Source of the DNA: Methanomethylovorans hollandica DSM 15978
GTDB lineage: Archaea; Halobacteriota; Methanosarcinia; Methanosarcinales; Methanosarcinaceae
Assembly: GCF_000328665.1 (NCBI RefSeq)
Contig: NC_019977.1
Coordinates: 62,001-126,000, forward strand
Direction of reading: 5' to 3'
Length of the DNA: 64,000 nt
Shown: positions 1 through 7,680 of the stretch, one piece after another
How positions within the stretch are numbered: position 1 is the first letter of the stretch
Layout: every line of letters begins with the position of its first letter
Translations under genes and position numbers: made by a program
The notes under the pieces: generated by a model
The model's input: only the letters and a program-made list of their open reading frames with translations
Database searches by the model: none
Told to the model about the DNA's origin: nothing

Positions 1-779
1 ACTATAACATCCTGCGGCTCCTTGTCCAGCCAGGTAAGCAATGTTGCAAATATTTCAGCACTCAGTACATGGTGAAAATTACAGATTATGAGGTCAGCAT
101 GTTTTAATTCCCTTTTAAGCAATTCGTAGCCACACATGCCTTTTTTTGTGGCATACTCGTTTATCTCCTCAGGGGTGCGTACATCAGCAAAAAGCCACTG
201 CCTGAATACTTCACTTTCAAAACGCAACACCTCGTAGAGATCGTTACATGCCCTTTCCCTTACACCACGAGTCTTTTGTTCGGCTGCCTCTATTTCATTA
301 AATAGAGCATCTCTTAAGGCTATAAGAGCTGGGTCCTTGGAACGTTTGTAGTTTTCTGAAGCTGACTTTAGCTCTTTTTTTTTAAGATCGAGTTCCTTTT
401 CCAGCTCTATCAGTTCAAAAGTATTTTCCCTTTTGAGCCGGCACTCCTCGTAATCTACTTCATGGGGACACATGGCAGCCTTACCCTTTACTACTGCCAC
501 CTTGACATCATTTCCCCGCTTTATCTCCTTAGCCTCGCTAATGAATTGCACCATCTGTTGATGCACATTAGTTGCAATTATCACAGTTTTTTCCAGCTGT
601 TTGCCCACAAAGAGGGCAGGAGCAAGAGAACTGAGGGTCTTGCCAGTACCACATGCCCCCTCAAAAAGTATGATCTCCTTTCTTAGAAGCGCAGAATATA
701 TCTTTTCCATAGCATCCTGTTGGTTAGGATAACAGTGTTCTTTGGGGAAATAGCGTAAGTATCCTCTCTGTCCGCTCAT
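1..779 (-). CDS. Rad3/XPD (DinG-family) Fe-S ATP-dependent DNA helicase, N-terminal part; runs off the window edge
   Basis: Not in the ORF track. Manual translation from ATG at 779: MSGQRGYLRYFPKEHCYPNQQDAMEKIY...LFEGACGTGKT (Q motif and Walker A), IATNVHQQMVQF, VKGKAAMCPH. Confidence 0.85.
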   Translation of the reverse strand, partial: MSGQRGYLRYFPKEHCYPNQQDAMEKIYSALLRKEIILFEGACGTGKTLSSLAPALFVGKQLEKTVIIATNVHQQMVQFISEAKEIKRGNDVKVAVVKGKAAMCPHEVDYEECRLKRENTFELIELEKELDLKKKELKSASENYKRSKDPALIALRDALFNEIEAAEQKTRGVRERACNDLYEVLRFESEVFRQWLFADVRTPEEINEYATKKGMCGYELLKRELKHADLIICNFHHVLSAEIFATLLTWLDKEPQDVI

Positions 780-816
780 CGCACTACCTTATACCTTTCT
801 ATACTAATAATTTGGG

Positions 817-1467
817 TTAGCTCTTCTTTGCAGCCATAACATTTGTATTAAAGCTTGAGATCAGCCTGTTAGATGGACTTTCTATGATTTTCAAGATAAT
901 TTCTGTTCCCTTCTTCAAGCCGAAGTTGTTTGACGTATTTGTGATACTTCCCACTTGCACACTTACTGTTGAATTATGACCCAGACCATCGTCACCATTA
1001 AGGACAATAACTTCTCCTGCGGACCAATAACCATCTTCTATACAGGAGTTCCTTTTGGCGTAATGTGTTTCTTTTCCTGCAGGACATAGATCAATGTATG
1101 TTACCTGCACATCTCCATTGATAATTCTTCCTCCATGTGCCACCACTCCGGTATAACTGCTGCCCTGCCCAACAATAACTATCTTTATGTTTTCAAGGGG
1201 TAGGGGATCCCCTCCCTTATGTGCCAGAGTTATGACATTTTCCTTGTATCTGATCTCATTGGGCACTCCGCCTTCTATTAATTCTAGTTCTACATCTGCT
1301 GTTAATCCCTTTTTCAAAGGGTTAGGTAGATCGGCAAGTGAAACAGCAGTGATTCCTATAAGCAACATTGTAATAGCCAGCATCAACAAAGTCCCTACAA
1401 CAGGACTTATTCCCTGGTCTGTGCACCGGACTTGCATAAAGTAGGGAAAAGGTCGTTTTTGGCCCAT
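817..1467 (-). CDS. Archaeal type IV pilin-like protein (DUF1628/Pilin_N type)
   Basis: Class III signal DQG|ISPVVGTLLMLAIT and the pilin-type motif LAHKGGDPL; start could be 1437. Confidence 0.75.
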   Translation of the reverse strand: MGQKRPFPYFMQVRCTDQGISPVVGTLLMLAITMLLIGITAVSLADLPNPLKKGLTADVELELIEGGVPNEIRYKENVITLAHKGGDPLPLENIKIVIVGQGSSYTGVVAHGGRIINGDVQVTYIDLCPAGKETHYAKRNSCIEDGYWSAGEVIVLNGDDGLGHNSTVSVQVGSITNTSNNFGLKKGTEIILKIIESPSNRLISSFNTNVMAAKKS

Positions 1468-1610
1468 ACCTCGAATTACAGATGACTAAATATATAAATT
1501 ATTCTAAAATAATTAAACACTTGTAATAATTAAGCTTTTGACAGCAATCACATTAAAAATGATCAGAAAAGAAGTAGTGAGAGAACAGAGACTTCGTTTT
1601 ATACACGCAC

Positions 1611-1660
1611 ATATATATCTATATCTATAGATATGTATATATATATATATATATATGTAT
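1611..1660. repeat. Imperfect (TA)n microsatellite
   Basis: atatatatctatatctatagatatgtatatatatatatatatatatgtat. Confidence 0.85.
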
Positions 1661-1871
1661 AAAAAATAAATTTTGAGTTTCTGGTCGAAAAACGTATAAT
1701 CATCCAAAAATGATATTTTTAAGGCTGAATGAGTCCTATTCTATCAAAAAAACAAGAAGTCGCTTTACTTGACCCTAATCATCCCCTTTGGTCTGACAAC
1801 AATCATTTCTTCGACTCTTTTGTGTCACTCATATTAGTAGAGTTGATTTTATGTGCATAAGCCTTAGTGTA

Positions 1872-2010
1872 GGCATTACCTGCAGTGGCGCGTCAATTAC
1901 CCCTCCCTGCCACGCTACAGCGTGTCGAGGAAGAGGCTTGCATGTCACTGATAATAATATCAGATCATCTCATGCGTATGGGTGATTGACTGACACCCCT
2001 GAGATTCTAA
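1872..2010 (-). ncRNA. Predicted TnpB omega/reRNA (right-end scaffold plus ~20-nt flanking guide)
   Basis: Structured tract overlapping the tnpB 3' end (ggggtgtcagtcaatcaccc; gcctcttcc...cacgctgtagcgtg...ggaggggt), followed by flank gcgccactgcaggtaatgcc; boundaries inferred by analogy with known TnpB systems. Confidence 0.6.
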
Positions 2011-3239
2011 GGTATACCTAAAATCTCGTGTTCTATGCTCTAAGTTATTTGCAGCATTAAGATCAGCATTCACCTCATAACCACAAATTTCACAATGGAA
2101 TTTGAGGCTGTGTCGATTGTTCCTGCTAATATGATTACAGCGGAAACATGTCTGGGAAGTAAATGCAGGATCTACATATTCGGTAATAATTCCAGCTAAT
2201 TTCGCTTTATACGCTACAAATGATTGCAGTTGTCTGAAAGCCCAACTGCTGTGATGGTACCGATGTTTCTTTGATATATTGTGTTCAGTTCGTGTTCTTA
2301 TACCAGTCAGATCTTCAAACCCGATTACTGAAACATTGTTCTCTGCTGCAAATTTAACAATAGCTTTAGATATGCAATGGTTTACATCTTTCATTAGACG
2401 TTTCTCTTTACCAGCTAATTGTTTCATCACACTTTTAGCCGATGAAGTTCCCTTAGACTGTAACCTTGCTCTCATGTTCTTGTAGATATTTCTCTGGTTC
2501 TTAATCTCTCCACCAGCAAAAAACTTACATTTTTTATCGGTGGTAGATGCAACAGCCAGATAGTTCATACCAACATCAATTCCCATGAATGTAGAAGCAT
2601 CTTCAATTCGTTTATCGGGTATTTCTTGAGATACGGTCAGATGGAAGTAATATGATCCATCATCATGTTTGACTACTTTCGATGCTCCAAACTTCCAGGG
2701 AGACTTAAATAACTGCATTGCATAAGGGTAATTAACAAGTTGGTAGGTCTTCCTTCCACTGCTAAAAGTAGTTATACTAACTGAGTTTTCAGTTATAGTA
2801 TAATCTCTCTTATACGACAATATCATCGATGTAGGAGAATATACTATCTTTTGCCAATAACTCAAACCTTGTTTAGCAAGTTCTACAATTGTTTTATAGG
2901 TACCAGCTACTTGTCTGGGTATATTACAACTAACCTGAGATTTCAAACCAAGTTCTTCTCTTAAGTGGTTATAAACTAAAGGTTGCAACTTCCTGGCAGG
3001 TATTACTTTCTCATTATCAAAAACAATTTCAGAAACGTAGTTCATACCTTGTGCATATTTCTTTATGGTTTCTACTAGATCAAAATCAGGATCAACTATT
3101 TTCAGTTGGATAGTTCTAGTAGATTCCATGCATAGTAATTCACACGCAAGTATTTATAGATAACATGTGAATAGTTAGTTGTAATCGGTTAATATGCACG
3201 GCATTCATCCCCCAGCTTTCGCAAGGGGACTCCTGCCTG
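1892..3239 (-). mobile_element. IS200/IS605-family element carrying tnpB only (no tnpA)
   Basis: Left-end GC hairpin (minus strand: aggcaggagtccccttgcgaaagctgggggatgaatgcc, ~3200-3239), tnpB, and right-end hairpin finishing ...gggaggggtaattgac at 1892; ends accurate to a few nt. Confidence 0.8.
1960..3129 (-). CDS. tnpB: RNA-guided endonuclease TnpB
   Basis: RuvC I GIDVG, RuvC II GFEDL, Zn finger TSQTCFRC...CEICG, RuvC III NADLNAA; 389 aa. Confidence 0.95.
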   Translation of the reverse strand: MESTRTIQLKIVDPDFDLVETIKKYAQGMNYVSEIVFDNEKVIPARKLQPLVYNHLREELGLKSQVSCNIPRQVAGTYKTIVELAKQGLSYWQKIVYSPTSMILSYKRDYTITENSVSITTFSSGRKTYQLVNYPYAMQLFKSPWKFGASKVVKHDDGSYYFHLTVSQEIPDKRIEDASTFMGIDVGMNYLAVASTTDKKCKFFAGGEIKNQRNIYKNMRARLQSKGTSSAKSVMKQLAGKEKRLMKDVNHCISKAIVKFAAENNVSVIGFEDLTGIRTRTEHNISKKHRYHHSSWAFRQLQSFVAYKAKLAGIITEYVDPAFTSQTCFRCNHISRNNRHSLKFHCEICGYEVNADLNAANNLEHRTRDFRYTLESQGCQSITHTHEMI

Positions 3240-3771
3240 TAGATGTTGAAGAGCCAGATAACATAACTGCAGGGATCATTAACAGATCATCACCAACTGC
3301 AAAATTGGGTTTCGAGATCATCACTACCTTTTCTCTTTCATGTTTTGCCCAGGAGCCAGTATTCTCATAACCAATAGACCTTTCATTGTAACGATTTTCT
3401 ATTACCCTTAACTGTCTGTCAAAAGACTCTGTATCCATTTCGCTGGTGGAAGAATTCCATACCTGCATATCAACATTGATGGAACTGGTGCCTGTAACAG
3501 CTGCAGTGCTTTCATGAAGCTTTATTTCCACTGACTGAGAAGGTGAACTGCCGAATGCAACCTTATTGATGTTCGAAGTCAGCACGGTAAAACTTTGCTT
3601 TATGTTCTCTGTATGTTGGGCTTCCTGCATATATCTCACCAGAGAAAAACCGGCAGTGACTATGATAGATATTGCAAGAAGCATTATTCCCATGATGATA
3701 CTGAAGTCAACGATCTCTGAAAATGCTTCCTCAGCAATCTTTAAACCATCCAGAGTATTTTTGGAGCTCAT
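3205..3771 (-). pseudogene. Pilin-like class III signal peptide protein, truncated by the tnpB element
   Basis: EEA|FSEIVDF signal; aligns with the 258-aa paralogue at 62626-63402 up to MLSGSSTST; the last residues GRSPLAKAGG are read from the IS left end. Confidence 0.75.
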
Positions 3772-3772
3772 A

Positions 3773-4243
3773 TCACCTTATCTCCAAAGTCCTGTTAATT
3801 GGACCATAGGCCATATAGTGTGTGCCAGCTTCGCTGAAAACAGTGCTCTCAATAACTCTCATGTTTTGCGCACTGTAGGGTATCATTACCTTTGTTTCTT
3901 CCTTGTCCCTGGATTGCAGCACGATCTCATGACTGCTATCAACTATGCTTACAGAATAATGCTCTCCTGCTATTTTATCAGGAAGATTGAGATCATATTC
4001 CATCAAGTCTATGTATGCTCCGGAATTATTCATAACAGCTACCAGAGTATCTATGCTGGAGATATGCATCGAAATATCATTTCCATGGATTTCGAACTCG
4101 CTTCTCATAACAGTCTGTTCTGCTTTGTCCATGAGCGTGTAGAAAGCAGTAAGCACAGTAACAAGCGCCACAACACTTATAACAAAAGTAAGGATGAAAC
4201 CAATAGAAATAGAAACCGCAGTCTCATCTTTAAGAAGTTTCAT
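3773..4243 (-). CDS. Pilin-like class III signal peptide protein
   Basis: DETA|VSISIGFILTF; clear paralogue of 63421-63894 (EFEIHGN, PDKIA). Confidence 0.75.
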   Translation of the reverse strand: MKLLKDETAVSISIGFILTFVISVVALVTVLTAFYTLMDKAEQTVMRSEFEIHGNDISMHISSIDTLVAVMNNSGAYIDLMEYDLNLPDKIAGEHYSVSIVDSSHEIVLQSRDKEETKVMIPYSAQNMRVIESTVFSEAGTHYMAYGPINRTLEIR

Positions 4244-5127
4244 GTTCTACCTCCAGGAACAGGTATGGGATATGAAATGAACATTTCTTTATCAAAGGAC
4301 ACTACAGTAATATTTGCAAGCACTACTGCATGCCTTGCGATATTAAATGAATGACCATCGGCAAGGTTTCCTGCTATACTGAACATACCTTCGCCTGCTG
4401 TACCATTGATCACATTTATCTGGTAATTGTGAGAATAAGTCAGGTCATTAAAATGGAAATTAAAGTAGCTTGTCCCGTTGATATAGTTTCCTGTGACATT
4501 CAGATAAGTGTAACCTGATGCAGAGGTGGCGGTACTCAGTGTGGAATTACTGTCCATGACCTTCACGTTCACATTGCCTCTGGAATCATAGATGTCCATA
4601 GCCCAGAGCATATTGCCACTGGTTTCGACAGCTTCAATGCGTAAACAACTGGAATTATTAAAAAGGGTTCCAGCATCTGGTATTTCCAGCATGAAGGTAT
4701 CTGTCAAGTTCACATTGCTTATCAATGTCCAGTTAGCCACACCATTTACCATGCCATTTTTTGAGAAATGGGACTCAATAAGCGAACTATTTTCTATTGT
4801 CAGACTTGTTCCAGAAAAAGCAAACATCTTAACTAATTGGTTCTCGTATGATGAAATATAATTTATGAACTCATTACTATCAAAAGTACCGGAATTCATT
4901 GCACTCTTATAGGAATCCTCATAAGCCTGCGAAGTTAATGCAAGTAGATTCCCTATCTCAAAAGAACTAGTTTCGATACTGGAATCAGATGCCATGTTGC
5001 TTGCATATATGACATTATTGAGCATGACGGTGAATACGACGATACCCACGCCTATAGCAAAACCAGCAATAAGTAACATCTGTGCTGAATCATCATCTGC
5101 TCTCATTGCTTTTTCTCCTGTTATCAC
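4240..5127 (-). CDS. Pilin-like class III signal peptide protein
   Basis: DDSA|QMLLIAG followed by a hydrophobic helix; many N-x-S/T sequons; ATGA overlaps on both sides. Confidence 0.7.
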   Translation of the reverse strand: MITGEKAMRADDDSAQMLLIAGFAIGVGIVVFTVMLNNVIYASNMASDSSIETSSFEIGNLLALTSQAYEDSYKSAMNSGTFDSNEFINYISSYENQLVKMFAFSGTSLTIENSSLIESHFSKNGMVNGVANWTLISNVNLTDTFMLEIPDAGTLFNNSSCLRIEAVETSGNMLWAMDIYDSRGNVNVKVMDSNSTLSTATSASGYTYLNVTGNYINGTSYFNFHFNDLTYSHNYQINVINGTAGEGMFSIAGNLADGHSFNIARHAVVLANITVVSFDKEMFISYPIPVPGGRT

Positions 5128-5744
5128 ATTCTCCAGAAGGTCAGCCTTACATCAACGATGTTATAAAAATCAGAAGATAGGGATGTGTCAGGTATACCGG
5201 TGTTTGCCAGGAAAGCAACAGGTTCAGAGATGTAGTGGTCAGAGAGAAGCACTTTTCTGGAAACTGAAACTGCGTTGTCGGAGGGATCACCATTGTATAT
5301 ATATGCTTTTCCTCGGGGAAGGCCGGAGCTATCTATACACATAAATAGAACATTGTGTGCGATCCCGCGGGGAACTGCAATGTCTCTAAGCATCTTTGCA
5401 GTGGAGCTATTCAAACGATCATATTCCATGGCATTGACTGAACAATATGCAGCACCGTTCCAGGAAAAATCCTGGCCGTTCCAGGAAACAATATCCTGCT
5501 TAAGAGGTGAAATATATCCGTAAGAACCACGGTCCAGTACATTGAGCATGTCCTGCCCCATGGTTTGCATCTGGACTTCAATGTGGGCATTGGCCGTTGA
5601 TGATGTAAGAGGTGTAAGGGATGTGGCCTGAACAGTAAACACAATTACTGAAACCATTATCATAGTCGCAGTAACTGCTTCCAGAGTGTGTATTTGGCCA
5701 AACGGGTCTTTATCAAGATCATAGTTGCCATTGGACCGAACCAT
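5124..5744 (-). CDS. Pilin-like class III signal peptide protein
   Basis: FG|QIHTLEA followed by a hydrophobic helix; C-terminal YNIVDVRLTFWRM. Confidence 0.7.
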   Translation of the reverse strand: MVRSNGNYDLDKDPFGQIHTLEAVTATMIMVSVIVFTVQATSLTPLTSSTANAHIEVQMQTMGQDMLNVLDRGSYGYISPLKQDIVSWNGQDFSWNGAAYCSVNAMEYDRLNSSTAKMLRDIAVPRGIAHNVLFMCIDSSGLPRGKAYIYNGDPSDNAVSVSRKVLLSDHYISEPVAFLANTGIPDTSLSSDFYNIVDVRLTFWRM

Positions 5745-5745
5745 T

Positions 5746-6209
5746 TCACCACACTCTGAACGACAGGATAGCAGTCTGCGTGTTACCGCTGCTATCCTCT
5801 AATAAGACTATTCTTTTGGTCTGCCCTATGCTTCCCACTTGTGGAAGAGTTCTTCCCGCACATGAGATGATCGTTGTGCTATTTTCCAAGAAAACGTTAA
5901 GATCGTAGCAGAAAAAAGTGCCATTGAGCCCCAGCGAGTTTTGAGTACTTATATAGTTTGTATCGAGTTGTCTGAAGAGATCCGCCATAAGACTACCAGA
6001 CACCATGTTGGATGTATGGGATCACCTGTGCTAATCCTATCTTCTACAACAGTTGTAGCTACTCTATCAGCTATCATAGTTACTTCATCTGAACTTGATT
6101 CAAATGGTGTGAATAGTCCATTGGTATATTGGAAAACAAACACGAGAGATAACAAGAATATTGTAATGCCTACAAGATAATCTACTGTTATCTGCCCATT
6201 ATTATCCAT
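5746..6209 (-). pseudogene. Pilin-like protein split by a 1-nt frameshift near 6010
   Basis: ORF 5949-6209 (NG|QITVDYLVG) continues in ORF 5746-6006 (...AILSFRVW); adding one C at cat-cc-aac restores the frame; a sequencing error is possible. Confidence 0.7.
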
Positions 6210-6324
6210 AAGAAAAATCTATATTTATAACTTATATAAACTTCACATAAACATTTTTTAGATTAAGTGGGCTGAATCCATAATTCGGAATATTAAAATG
6301 CAGTTGGGTCATAGTGTATTCAAG

Positions 6325-7680
6325 ATGGAACGAGAGATCAAGATAATCCATACTGCAGACACTCATATAGGCTACAGGCAATACCACAGTGATGTACGCA
6401 GGAAGGATTTCCTGCAGGCGTTTTCAAATGTCATCGATGGTGCCATTGAAATGAAGGCAGATGCTGTTGTACATGCCGGGGACCTTTTCGATTCAAGGAC
6501 CCCTTCACTGGAAGATATCCTGGACACCATGAAACTTTTTTCCCGGCTCAAAGAAGCAGATATCCCGCTTCTGGCTATTGTAGGGAATCATGAAAGCAAA
6601 CAAAGTACACAGTGGCTTGATCTTTTTGAAAGCATGGGACTTGCAACAAGGTTAGGGGCTACTCCATATATGCTTGAAAACATAGCTTTCTATGGAATTG
6701 ACAGTGTTCCCAAATCCAAGATACCACTTTTCGATTTTTCGGTCTTTGAAGAACCTCTGGAGTCTTCATGTAATGTGCTTGTGATGCACCAGCTTATGAG
6801 TCCCATTACCATTGGTGAGTGGGACTGTGCTTCAGTGTTAGGATCTGTGCCTTTCCATGTGGATGTGCTGCTGCTGGGAGATTATCACAAGTATGAGAAG
6901 ATCACTGTAGGTGATACCTGGGTGACATATTGCGGCAGCACTGAGCGTAACAGTCTTGCAGAAGAAGAGAATCGGTCTTATAACATCATAACTGTTTCAG
7001 AAAATGATATTGATATCAGCAGGAGGACTATACTTACGCGGGAATTCCTTAAGATACCAGTGACAATCAGGGACCCTGCAAGGATATATGAAGACGTGCT
7101 CTCTGCTGTGAAGGAACAGGATGTAGCAGGTAAAGTAGTCTTCGTGGAGATTAATGGAGATACAGATGTATCTATTTCCCATGCTGAAATAGAAGAGATG
7201 CTGCTTTCCCGAAATGTATTGATTCCTGGTGTGAGGGACTTAAGGAAAGTCGCTGCAGATGGACTTGAACTTTCTGTTTCTATATCCTTCTATGATCCGG
7301 ACGAGGCGATAAAAAACGAGATAAGGAATATGCATCTTTCGGAAGGTGGCCTGCTGGTGGATGAGATCGTAAGGGATCTGTCTCTTCCTAAAACCAAGGT
7401 TAGCGATGAGGCAGAGAACCGTCTTGGTAATCTTTTGGATAGTATGGACTTTTCAAACCCAAGACCTATAGTACCTGTTCATGAAAAAGTGTCGTCTCAT
7501 TCACCTGGAACAGAGAATGGTCCCAATCTTTCCTCGCCTCCTGAAGCAGAGATCCCGGAGCCTGAAAAAGAGAGTTATAGAATAGTATCAGAAAAACAAA
7601 AAGAAAAGCATGATGATAACAAACAAAAAGCACCTGCTCATGCAAAGCCGAAACAGTACAATCTGGGTGATTACTTTTGA
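6325..7680 (+). CDS. mre11: DNA double-strand break repair nuclease Mre11
   Basis: HTADTHIG, AGDLFD, VGNHE, GDYH and GSTE phosphoesterase motifs; directly upstream of rad50. Confidence 0.93.
   Translation: MEREIKIIHTADTHIGYRQYHSDVRRKDFLQAFSNVIDGAIEMKADAVVHAGDLFDSRTPSLEDILDTMKLFSRLKEADIPLLAIVGNHESKQSTQWLDLFESMGLATRLGATPYMLENIAFYGIDSVPKSKIPLFDFSVFEEPLESSCNVLVMHQLMSPITIGEWDCASVLGSVPFHVDVLLLGDYHKYEKITVGDTWVTYCGSTERNSLAEEENRSYNIITVSENDIDISRRTILTREFLKIPVTIRDPARIYEDVLSAVKEQDVAGKVVFVEINGDTDVSISHAEIEEMLLSRNVLIPGVRDLRKVAADGLELSVSISFYDPDEAIKNEIRNMHLSEGGLLVDEIVRDLSLPKTKVSDEAENRLGNLLDSMDFSNPRPIVPVHEKVSSHSPGTENGPNLSSPPEAEIPEPEKESYRIVSEKQKEKHDDNKQKAPAHAKPKQYNLGDYF

Noticed and set aside
1513..1707. 64-aa ORF with a YIYIYI run
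   Set aside because: Artefact of the TA microsatellite
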